64,000 nt of DNA from Bacteroidales bacterium. Lineage in GTDB: Bacteria; Bacteroidota; Bacteroidia; Bacteroidales; VadinHA17. How positions within the stretch are numbered: the stretch's first letter is position 1; each line of letters begins with the position of its first letter. Both the position numbers and the translations under genes were made by a program. A model generated the notes under the pieces. That model saw only the letters and a program-made list of their open reading frames with translations, was not told the DNA's origin and searched no databases. Shown in pieces: positions 53,057 through 61,354 of the stretch. The stretch is from the NCBI GenBank assembly GCA_041740815.1, contig JBGSLG010000082.1, positions 5,990 to 69,989 on the forward strand, written 5' to 3'.

Positions 53057-53222
53057 AGGTCTGAAGACCTGAAGATGAAGGTCTTGCTGTCTTGCAGTCC
53101 TGCTGTCTTGCTGTCAGTTAATCTAAGAGGCTGATTATCAATTCTTAATTCTTAATTCTTAATTTTCACTACTGCCTATTGCCCACTGCCTGGGTAAGAC
53201 TGCCGATTGCCGACTGAGGACT
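53057..53222. repeat. Right copy of the heptamer-rich non-coding element, inverted relative to 44012..44246
   Basis: It fills the whole convergent intergenic gap between protein B and the T9SS cargo gene. Its reverse complement aligns with 44019..44175. Confidence 0.85.
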
Positions 53223-55752
53223 AATGAAGGAACGTCACATCTCCTACCATGTCAAAATACTCGCCGTCGGCATATCTTCCCGAGGCTTTCCACACATAGA
53301 CCCCCTGGGCTGCCAGGTTCCCGGCGCCAAAATAGCCGTCCCACCCTTTTGCCAGATCATGGCTCTCATAGATAAGCACACCCCACCTGTTGAAAATCTG
53401 TAACTTGTATTCAATCACATTCTCGAAAAATGGCCTGAACACATTATCCATCCCGGCATATACACCCTCACTCCATTGTCCTCCGGTAGGCCCTGTCTCG
53501 TTCCACTTGAAAACATTGGGATACTTAATGGTTCCTTCCTTCCATTCCACAACCACTGGCGTCTCCAATACCGCTGAGTCAATACAGCCATCAGCGGTTG
53601 CCACAGTCAGGGAGACAGTATATGATCCCGGACTCTCATACTTGTGATACGGATTCTCTTCGGTGGAGGTCTCCCCGTCTCCGAACCTCCACAACCACGT
53701 GTGAGCAAAGTAAGAGTAGCTGTAAAACACCACTATCTGTTCATTGTTAACCACATTCGTGGGATAAGCGTCAAAGATTGCCGAGGGATTCTGGTAAACG
53801 TTGATGATCCCGTTACGCGTTGACTCTCCTGCAATGTTGTGGACGGTCAGTTTAATTATGTAACTCCCCGGAACGAAATAGGTATGCACCGGGTTCTCCT
53901 CTGACGAATACTGTTTGTCGCCAAAATCCCATGTATAGCTCTCAGCGTGTATGCTTTTGTTTATGAACTGAACTGTCAGAGGTGCGCAGCCTGATGTTGC
54001 GCCCTCGAAGTCCGCCACAGGCAGGGGCGGCATGATGACAATTATCTGAATACTCTGTTGTGCTTCACAGCCCCAGCTCTCGGGAGGTATCGAGTATGTC
54101 AGGGTATGCGTGCCCAGACCGGCCACGGCCGGATCAAACACGTTGCCCGTAAGACCCGTCCCTGACCATATGCCTCCTGTAGGATAGGCAGTCAGTATAA
54201 CAGGGGGACCGTTGAGAAACGCTGTACCCGGACCGTCTAAAATTATGGATGGGAGAGCCATCACTGTTATCACTGCCGTGTCAGCAGCCATGCAATCGGT
54301 GTTCAGAATCTCATACTTGATTATATGGTTCCCTACTCCTGCCAGCGTCGGGTTGAACCGGTCACCCACAACCCCGCGGCCGGACCAGATACCCCCAAGG
54401 TCATGGGCGGTAAGTGTTATAGCCGGACTGTCTACGCAGAGGGTGTCAACAGGTGTGATGGTGGCATCCGGAGTGGCAACCGTGATGATCGCCTGGTCTG
54501 AATCGGAACAACCGTTGGCATCTGTTATCGAGTATGTTACGGTATGATTTCCGGCTCCGGCAACAGCAGGATAAAAAATGTTTCCAGTGACTCCCGTGCC
54601 GGACCAGACCCCGCCCGGATCACGGGCCTGGAGTACAATCACCGGGTCAGTTGAACAGGCAATCCCGGAGGTGATTATGGTGGCATCGGGTATGGGAGCA
54701 ACAGTGATGACTGTCTGGTCAGTATCACTGCACCCGTCACCGTTAGTGACCGCATACCTGACAGTGTGGTTGCCCGGGCCGGCAACGGAAGGATCGAAGA
54801 TATTTCCTGTAACTCCTGCACCGGACCAGGTTCCGCCCGGGTCATGAGCCGTCAGGGTTACCGGTGGCGCGTTGGCGCACATGGTGTCAACAGGTGTTAT
54901 GGTGGCATCAGGATAGGGCACAATCAGAATTCGTGCGGTGGTTTCTACCGGCGGATGGTCACCGTTGATGCGGTCTCGCGGCCCGCCGGGAATATTCGGA
55001 TCATCATAGGGGTTACAATAGTTCCAGTTCCGGAGGGTCACTTCAAAATACTGGCCGATCAGTTTGTCATTTGCCACGTATATTACGTCTGACCAGACTC
55101 CTGACCCGGTTACAGGACCTGTAAGGGTAATGACATTATCCCGGTAGGGAAAGATCCTTGTTCTTCCGTCAACGGTTACAGGCGCCCCGGTCATGGTTAT
55201 GTCAGTACCGTAGATCCACTGTATCCATCGGGTATTGACATTGGGGTTATCTCTCTCTTGCGGAGGGACGCAGTTGAACTGGGTCAGGTCCTGAAACCTG
55301 ACGTTGGCACTGTTTCCAAAGCAAATAGGATAGACTACAGGATTGATGTGCATGCGTCCCCCGTTATGATCATCGTCGTCCCAGACGGTCACTATCTGTT
55401 CCTGTGATGAAGAGGTGCAGAGTACCCCGTTGACTACCAGGGTAGCCTGCGGATGGTAATTACAGATATTGCCGGCTGAGGTATAGGTCACTGTTGCCGT
55501 CGCCTCAAAAATGCCTGGCCCTGTTTCAGTGGCAGGCACCGTTACTATTGTGCCGTTGTTCCAGTCGTACCTTATATGGACGGGATAGCCGTCATCATTG
55601 ACACCGGTATAGCTGACATTCCATGTCGCCGTCACAGGAGAGCATAATCTATCCGGGGTGATATTGTTAGCCTTTGAGAATATAGAGCAATTCTGCCCGG
55701 ATATGCTTGATGATAAGAGTATAAAAATTATATATGGGATCCATTTCTCCAT
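53221..55752 (-). CDS. T9SS type B (gliding-motility-associated C-terminal domain) cargo protein with Ig-like repeats and PKD domains
   Basis: 843 aa. Signal peptide ..SISG|Q. Four repeats of about 73 aa (PDATITPVDT.C...P.TLTAHDPGG.WSG.GVTGN.F.P.VAG.GNHTV.Y). PKD-like CAPLTVQFINKS...YTWDFGD. C-terminal FNRWGVLIYES...GWDGY......GVYVW...DGEYFDMVGDVTFLH. Confidence 0.8.
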   Translation of the reverse strand: MEKWIPYIIFILLSSSISGQNCSIFSKANNITPDRLCSPVTATWNVSYTGVNDDGYPVHIRYDWNNGTIVTVPATETGPGIFEATATVTYTSAGNICNYHPQATLVVNGVLCTSSSQEQIVTVWDDDDHNGGRMHINPVVYPICFGNSANVRFQDLTQFNCVPPQERDNPNVNTRWIQWIYGTDITMTGAPVTVDGRTRIFPYRDNVITLTGPVTGSGVWSDVIYVANDKLIGQYFEVTLRNWNYCNPYDDPNIPGGPRDRINGDHPPVETTARILIVPYPDATITPVDTMCANAPPVTLTAHDPGGTWSGAGVTGNIFDPSVAGPGNHTVRYAVTNGDGCSDTDQTVITVAPIPDATIITSGIACSTDPVIVLQARDPGGVWSGTGVTGNIFYPAVAGAGNHTVTYSITDANGCSDSDQAIITVATPDATITPVDTLCVDSPAITLTAHDLGGIWSGRGVVGDRFNPTLAGVGNHIIKYEILNTDCMAADTAVITVMALPSIILDGPGTAFLNGPPVILTAYPTGGIWSGTGLTGNVFDPAVAGLGTHTLTYSIPPESWGCEAQQSIQIIVIMPPLPVADFEGATSGCAPLTVQFINKSIHAESYTWDFGDKQYSSEENPVHTYFVPGSYIIKLTVHNIAGESTRNGIINVYQNPSAIFDAYPTNVVNNEQIVVFYSYSYFAHTWLWRFGDGETSTEENPYHKYESPGSYTVSLTVATADGCIDSAVLETPVVVEWKEGTIKYPNVFKWNETGPTGGQWSEGVYAGMDNVFRPFFENVIEYKLQIFNRWGVLIYESHDLAKGWDGYFGAGNLAAQGVYVWKASGRYADGEYFDMVGDVTFLH
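54028..54912 (-). repeat. Four tandem coding repeats of about 219-225 nt (Ig-like modules) in the T9SS cargo gene
   Basis: aa 281-575. DNA-level similarity is visible, e.g. ggaccagaccccgcccggatcacgggc / ggaccaggttccgcccgggtcatgagc. Confidence 0.65.
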
Positions 55753-55911
55753 GAACCTGTGATTCCATTTCCCTAAGTTGATTGTACTGCATCCTGTTAA
55801 ACGCAGATTCTGCCCTTATGGTTACAGTCCTATCCGGGTACTTTTTTTTATCACCTTCGCCTAAGGTAAAAATGACTTATTTTGCATCTTCACGGGGGAA
55901 CAGTTAAACAC

Positions 55912-56568
55912 ATGAAGGATTCTGAATATATCATATTTGACTTTGACGGAACAATTGCCGACACTTTTGACCTTGCACTTGAGATATACAACCGGATAGC
56001 CCCGGAATACAACTGCAGACCAGCGGGCCCCGATGACCATGAGCTGCTCCGTACAAAAAAGCCGCAGGAACTGCTCAAAATCTACGGTGTCTCCAGGCTG
56101 AAACTGCTCTCACTGCTGCTTCGGGTCAGGAAGGAACTAAGCCGGCACATCCCTGATATAAAACCGGTAACAGGCATGGATGCCTCCCTGCGCGAGATCC
56201 GGAACGCGGGTTACAGGATGGGAGTCCTGACTTCAAACTCCGTTAAAAATGTCCGTTCTTTCATGGCTATAAATGATTTATCCGGAGTTTTTGATTTCAT
56301 ATACAGCGGCAAAAGTCTCATGGGAAAAGAGAAGGTCATCAGGCGATTACTCCTCCATGAAAATATCCCGGCTGACAGGGTCATCTATATCGGCGATGAG
56401 ACACGCGATATCGAAGCCTCAAAATATGCGGGCATCCCGGTTGTTGCAGTGTCATGGGGACTAAACCGCAGGGATGTTCTCGCCTCCCTTTCACCTGACC
56501 GGATCGCAGATACACCGGAGGAGCTGCCGGGGCTCCTTCGACAGATCTTCGACAGCAGAAAATTATAA
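55912..56568 (+). CDS. HAD superfamily hydrolase (phosphoglycolate phosphatase-like)
   Basis: From the internal ATG: MKDSEYIIFDFDGTIADTF (DxDGT motif I), GVLTSNS (motif II), YIGDETRD (motif IV). Confidence 0.8.
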   Translation: MKDSEYIIFDFDGTIADTFDLALEIYNRIAPEYNCRPAGPDDHELLRTKKPQELLKIYGVSRLKLLSLLLRVRKELSRHIPDIKPVTGMDASLREIRNAGYRMGVLTSNSVKNVRSFMAINDLSGVFDFIYSGKSLMGKEKVIRRLLLHENIPADRVIYIGDETRDIEASKYAGIPVVAVSWGLNRRDVLASLSPDRIADTPEELPGLLRQIFDSRKL

Positions 56569-56705
56569 CCGGTTACCCCTGGTCAGAATAATGTAAATGC
56601 ATGAGCGATACGACAATGAGGCATAGTCGAGGGCCTCGACAAGACAACACTCACTGTGATCAGGAAAAACCAGTAATCTGAGAATGCTTTTTGCTGTCAG
56701 AAATA

Positions 56706-58553
56706 TTATTGGTATTTTATTCTTCCCGGCTTTTCAATCTCAAAATCCCTGAATCCAAAATCAGTTGTATTTATTGAATTCAGCCTGAGAATGTTTCGTC
56801 CCATGCCGGGGATTAACGGATAAAAAGAAATGGAAACCTGGAATGTATTAATTACCAGGTTTTCGTTTTTTATTAAAACTCCAAGGCCCAGCTGGGAGTA
56901 AACTCTGCTGTTTTTGAACCCGCCCTCATCATTCCCTATCATCCCGAAAGAACAGTTGAGATAAGGTCCGAAACGGAATCCCAGAATGGTCCAGGGGGCG
57001 TAAGACTGTGTCTGCAAAGTTACCAGCAGGCGTTTTGTGCCAGAGAGTACGGGACTTTTAAATCCATCCAGTCCGTAGCCGTCATTCAGCGTTAGACTGT
57101 CATAAGGCAGCCAGTTTATCCCAAGTGTCATCTGGGGTTTTATAAATTGTCTGAACTTCCATCTTCCTATCTCGAATAAGACTGTGGAATAGCTTAAACC
57201 CGCGGTGAAAATCCCCTGTTCAGCACGTGAATCATTAAAAAAGGTACCGTACTCCAGGTTTGAGCTCAGGTAACCCCACTTATAATAATTGCCCGAAGAA
57301 TAGCGCATGCCAAGGTAAAGCCGCCTTGAATAATCCTTTACCTGGTATCCTGCGGTGAGGCTGTATACTCTCCCAACCGGTACATCTTCGATAATGCCGT
57401 ATTTGAAGATATATCTGTCCTGAACGTATCTACGGGCAGCGATGGATATGCCACCCAGGTAAAAATCTTCATCCGAATAAATCTGAAACGGATCATTTTG
57501 TTCAAGCGGTTTTTCGGAATAACGAATCCGCAGGTATCGTGCCGTAAAAATTAAATTTGTTATAAGCTCTCTGTCACTGCTGTTTTTGAAGATCTGCAGG
57601 GCTTTCCCTGCCCAGAAATCCTGCGTATTGTATTGTAACTTATATGGAATAACAGCCTGATCAATCGCATCCAGAGTATCCTCCCTGACCTGGGACACAA
57701 AGATCACACCTGCTGCCCATTTAGCCAGAGGAGAAAAAAACGGACGGTCAGCAGCCAGACCCCTGGTGAAGTTTCCGCTCCCGTCAAAACTGTAATGAAG
57801 CCTTGTATTGATATAGGTGTTCCGGATATTCGGGATGAAGTAATCCGTATTGAAAGCATTTATTCCGGTACGGAAATTTCTTGCAAAGGAATTCCCGAAT
57901 TCATGACCCAAACCCATAAAATTATTATCTGAAAGACCGACGAATACTTTTGAAGACGAGATGGCTCCTTCAGGCATGATACTCCACCTGTCAAGTTCAC
58001 GGATAAAGACATCCACGGAATCGGAACTTCCGGCGGCGGGAATAATTGAAAAGGCAACGTCATGAACATATTTCTGCGCCCTGATTAGGCGTTCCGATTC
58101 AATCACCAGAATGGAATTGAATGGTTGATTCTTGTGGAAAAGCAGCAGGTTCCGGATGGTTATGCCACGCGTTTTAATGTGCATTCCGTTTCCTGCCTTA
58201 CGCAGGAAATTGTGGTCCGGAACGGCAGTATCAGCTATCGAGTAACCAAAGGGCTCGAAGGTTACAACCTCAATATTCCTGATGATTCTCCCTTCAAAGG
58301 TGTCATATGGCTTTTGTATCAGGTTTTTATATGTTTTCTTCCTGACGACTCCATTTTTGGTTGCCGGGGTGGACTGCCTGAAGATTGCCTTGTAAACAAG
58401 GGTTTTAAACCTGCTTTGCCGTGAATAGGTCTCGATGTTCTTATATAGGGTGGTTGAATCTGTTTTGGCAGGTGTTTGCTGGGCAGAAGCAAGATCATTT
58501 ATTAAAAATGAAATAATAAAAAGTACAAGAATATTTTTGAGGTATACCTGCAT
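56706..58553 (-). CDS. Omp85/BamA-like outer-membrane protein (POTRA-like segment plus beta-barrel), last gene of the Mla-like operon
   Basis: From the ATG at 58553: MQVYLKNILVLFIISFLINDLASA|Q. POTRA-like IIRNIEVVTFEPFGYS...ITIRNLLLFHKNQPFNSILVIESERLIRAQKYVHDVAFSI. Long alternating-strand region. The Arg-rich 54-aa extension of the track ORF overlaps the MlaD-like gene and is rejected. Confidence 0.55.
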   Translation of the reverse strand: MQVYLKNILVLFIISFLINDLASAQQTPAKTDSTTLYKNIETYSRQSRFKTLVYKAIFRQSTPATKNGVVRKKTYKNLIQKPYDTFEGRIIRNIEVVTFEPFGYSIADTAVPDHNFLRKAGNGMHIKTRGITIRNLLLFHKNQPFNSILVIESERLIRAQKYVHDVAFSIIPAAGSSDSVDVFIRELDRWSIMPEGAISSSKVFVGLSDNNFMGLGHEFGNSFARNFRTGINAFNTDYFIPNIRNTYINTRLHYSFDGSGNFTRGLAADRPFFSPLAKWAAGVIFVSQVREDTLDAIDQAVIPYKLQYNTQDFWAGKALQIFKNSSDRELITNLIFTARYLRIRYSEKPLEQNDPFQIYSDEDFYLGGISIAARRYVQDRYIFKYGIIEDVPVGRVYSLTAGYQVKDYSRRLYLGMRYSSGNYYKWGYLSSNLEYGTFFNDSRAEQGIFTAGLSYSTVLFEIGRWKFRQFIKPQMTLGINWLPYDSLTLNDGYGLDGFKSPVLSGTKRLLVTLQTQSYAPWTILGFRFGPYLNCSFGMIGNDEGGFKNSRVYSQLGLGVLIKNENLVINTFQVSISFYPLIPGMGRNILRLNSINTTDFGFRDFEIEKPGRIKYQ

Positions 58554-58584
58554 TTGCCATTCCTGATAATTTAAATCCGGGTGA

Positions 58585-59331
58585 TCATTTTTCCTTATTT
58601 TCAAGCTCCTTCTGTGCCTGCTCCTTTGCCTCGAGGGAATCCTTTGCTGCCTTTTGTGCTGCCCTTTCCTTCCTGTTGAAGTAACCTTTGAGAAGGAAAT
58701 TCTCCTTGGCTGCATTCATATTCTCATCCAGGCCCTTGCTGCTTTTCCTGAGATTAACGATTGTCCTGTCAAGGTTATCTGCGATTGTTGAATCCTGAAG
58801 TAACCTCCCGAGCGTTCCGTTCCCGCTGTTTATCTTGATCATGATTTCTGCCAGCTGGTCTGTAATAATTGCGGCATTATCTGCAGTTATCTGTGTGCTT
58901 AACATTATTGCATCCGCTTCAATGGGTTCTTTTGATCCGATGTAAGCCCCTTCCTTTACCACGGAAGCACTATCGCTGCCCTGGGTAATAATTAAAATGC
59001 GGTCGCCTATTACTCCTGCGGAACCGATACCGGCTTCACAGTCATCTTTTATAAATTGCTGAACACTTTTCTTTATCATCATATCAACGCGTACAGTTGT
59101 ATCATTGATTATCTTGATATTATCGACTGTTCCGACATTGATTCCAGAAAATCGGATATTACTCCCGGTTTCCAGTCCGCTTACGTTTTTAAACGATGTA
59201 CTGATTCTGAAAACAGGATCGAATAAATGTTCCTGCTTTCCTATGATGAAAATGGCGATGACAAAAATAGCCAGCCCTCCCATTATAAACAGTCCTAACC
59301 TTATCTTGAACTTTTGAGTGTGCTTTTCCAT
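58585..59331 (-). CDS. mlaD: MCE/MlaD family substrate-binding protein
   Basis: 248 aa. N-terminal TM (RLGLFIMGGLAIFVIAIFIIG). MCE core FKNVSGLETGSNIRFSGINVGTVDNIKI. C-terminal coiled coil. Confidence 0.8.
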   Translation of the reverse strand: MEKHTQKFKIRLGLFIMGGLAIFVIAIFIIGKQEHLFDPVFRISTSFKNVSGLETGSNIRFSGINVGTVDNIKIINDTTVRVDMMIKKSVQQFIKDDCEAGIGSAGVIGDRILIITQGSDSASVVKEGAYIGSKEPIEADAIMLSTQITADNAAIITDQLAEIMIKINSGNGTLGRLLQDSTIADNLDRTIVNLRKSSKGLDENMNAAKENFLLKGYFNRKERAAQKAAKDSLEAKEQAQKELENKEK

Positions 59332-59338
59332 GTTGTTT

Positions 59339-60115
59339 TCATTTAAAGAATGATTTTATCGAAGCGTCGGTTGACTTTTCAAATTCGGCCAGTCCTCCCT
59401 CCTTGTAAACTGCGCCGTTTAGAAGCATTATGACCCTGTCTGCAGTTGTACGTGCGCATTCAATGTCATGTGTGATGATGATCGAAGAGGTCTTATATTT
59501 CTTCTGAACTTCATTGATAAGCGTGCTTATCTCATCTGAGGTGACCGGATCAAGACCTGTTGTCGGTTCGTCATACAACATTATCCTCGGGCCAACCACA
59601 AGGGTTCGTGCAAGGCTGATCCGCTTTCGCATTCCGCCTGACAGCTGAGACGGCATTTTATCATGTGTGTCAGGTAATCCTACATTTACAAGAACCTCTT
59701 CCACCTTTTCATCTATCTCCTTCTTTTTGAGATTCTTGTTTATCCTTCGCAACGGAAATTCCAGGTTCTGCCTGACCGTCATGGAATCATACAATGCACC
59801 ACTCTGAAAAAGGAAACCGATTTTCTTCCTTAATTCTCCCAGATCATGATTGTTCAGGGAGTGCACATCTTCTCCCAGGACCTTGATTGCACCCTCATCG
59901 GGATCCAGCAGACGAACAATACATTTAATAAGCACTGATTTTCCTGATCCGGACTTACCGAGCACAACGAGGTTTTCACCATTAAAGAGTTTCAGTGAGA
60001 CATCAACCAGGACATCCTCTTCACCAAATCCCTTCCTGAGATTATTTATTTCAATAACCTGTTCCGGGATTTTTGCTCTGCCATGGTCAACAGTTGCTGT
60101 TGGTGTCTCACTCAT
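59339..60115 (-). CDS. mlaF: ABC transporter ATP-binding protein (MlaF-like)
   Basis: 258 aa. Walker A GKSGSGKS, signature LSGGMRKRISLAR, Walker B IMLYDEPTTGLD. Confidence 0.85.
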   Translation of the reverse strand: MSETPTATVDHGRAKIPEQVIEINNLRKGFGEEDVLVDVSLKLFNGENLVVLGKSGSGKSVLIKCIVRLLDPDEGAIKVLGEDVHSLNNHDLGELRKKIGFLFQSGALYDSMTVRQNLEFPLRRINKNLKKKEIDEKVEEVLVNVGLPDTHDKMPSQLSGGMRKRISLARTLVVGPRIMLYDEPTTGLDPVTSDEISTLINEVQKKYKTSSIIITHDIECARTTADRVIMLLNGAVYKEGGLAEFEKSTDASIKSFFK

Positions 60116-60948
60116 AACATATCGGTAATTTGCACTGCAATCAAATCTATGATTATCACAAGTAATGAGGCCAGTACTACAGCTGAGTTCGCAGCGATAC
60201 CCACACTCTCTGTACCACGCCCGGCCGTATATCCTTTATAGGTTCCGACTAACCCGATCACCGCACCAAAAAAGAAGGTTTTGATAATTGCAGGCATTAA
60301 ATCCATAAATCCTATATGGCCGAATGCCTGTGAAACAAACAGGACAAAAGTTACATCTCCTTTAATGTTTGCTCCGGCCCAGCATCCGAGTATGCCCAAC
60401 GCATCGGCATATAAAACCAGTAAGGGTATCATCAGCGTTGCTGCAAGAACCCTCGTTACAACTAAATACCTTATCGGATTGACAGATGATACCTCCATCG
60501 CATCAATCTGCTCCGACACCCTCATTGAACCAAGCTCCGCACCCATGCCTGAGCTGATTTTCCCCGCACATATCAAGGCGGTTATAACCGGCCCCATTTC
60601 TCTTATCAGAGATATTGCAACCATGCCGGGAAGCATGCTGACTGCCCCGAAGCTTACAAGTGCAGGACGCATCTGAATAGTAAGCACGATACCTATAATT
60701 AATCCTGTTACCGAAATAAGAGGCAACGTTTTATTACCGATCTGATAACACTGACGCAGAAACTCCTTGAATTCGAAGTTGCGCGAAAAGGTCTCCTTTG
60801 TGACTCTTGTTACAAACAGGAATCCATCGGCAATATTTGTAAGAAAGTTGCCCGCTTCAACGGTCCTTGCAATAGTCTTATCTACAATCCTGATTGATTG
60901 TTCCGTTGCAACTTTTTTTACTTTGGTAACAGGAATAACTATTTTCAT
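60112..60948 (-). CDS. mlaE: MlaE-like ABC permease
   Basis: 278 aa. REMGPVITALICAGKISSGMGAELGSMRVSEQIDAMEV is the MlaE/Ttg2B signature. Confidence 0.85.
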   Translation of the reverse strand: MKIVIPVTKVKKVATEQSIRIVDKTIARTVEAGNFLTNIADGFLFVTRVTKETFSRNFEFKEFLRQCYQIGNKTLPLISVTGLIIGIVLTIQMRPALVSFGAVSMLPGMVAISLIREMGPVITALICAGKISSGMGAELGSMRVSEQIDAMEVSSVNPIRYLVVTRVLAATLMIPLLVLYADALGILGCWAGANIKGDVTFVLFVSQAFGHIGFMDLMPAIIKTFFFGAVIGLVGTYKGYTAGRGTESVGIAANSAVVLASLLVIIIDLIAVQITDML

Positions 60949-60978
60949 ATCATGAGGTCAGATCTAATCTGAACACGA

Positions 60979-61164
60979 TTAAAGCTCCAGCAAAATCTTG
61001 TAAATTTCTTCTTTTGTCTTGCCAAGCTTTATCTGAAGTCTTCCAAGCATCTCGTCCTTTTTGCCTTCTGCAAACATTAAATCATTGTCAGTCAGCGTGG
61101 CGAATTTTTGTTTGAGCTTGCCCTTCTGCTCATTCCAGTTTCCCTTGAGTTCTGTTTTAATCAT
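60979..61164 (-). CDS. CsbD family stress-response protein
   Basis: 61 aa from the internal ATG: MIKTELKGNWNEQKGKLKQKFATLTDNDLMFAEGKKDEMLGRLQIKLGKTKEE. Confidence 0.75.
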   Translation of the reverse strand: MIKTELKGNWNEQKGKLKQKFATLTDNDLMFAEGKKDEMLGRLQIKLGKTKEEIYKILLEL

Positions 61165-61354
61165 TTTCTTGATTTTTAAACTGTATAAATTTCCATAATA
61201 CAAAGGTTAGACGGATGTTCCTAAAAGTGTTACATATGCGCGGCAATTAGTTACATCATTCCCACATTTGACCTGAAACACCCGGACAAACAGTGATTTT
61301 GCCATACCTTAGTGGCATCTGTTCTTAAGTGGTAAATTTTAAGGACGGCAGGGT

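Noticed and set aside
44006-53222. An inverted-repeat-bounded 9.2-kb segment that could be read as a composite transposon or genomic island.
   Set aside because: There is no transposase, integrase or recombinase inside or nearby. The cargo is a core metabolic gene (gdhA) plus two signalling genes. I could not see target-site duplications. The repeats sit in the same orientation relative to the paralogs, which fits a conserved 3' flank better than IS ends.
56626-56640. The palindrome gtcgagggcctcgac between the HAD gene and the Omp85-like gene, as a possible bidirectional terminator.
   Set aside because: The stem is only 6 bp with a 3-nt loop and has no flanking T or A tracts, which is too weak to call.
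58554-58715. The Arg/Gln-rich 54-aa N-terminal extension of the track ORF 56706..58715.
   Set aside because: It overlaps the 3' end of the MlaD-like gene. A canonical signal peptide begins at the internal ATG at 58553.
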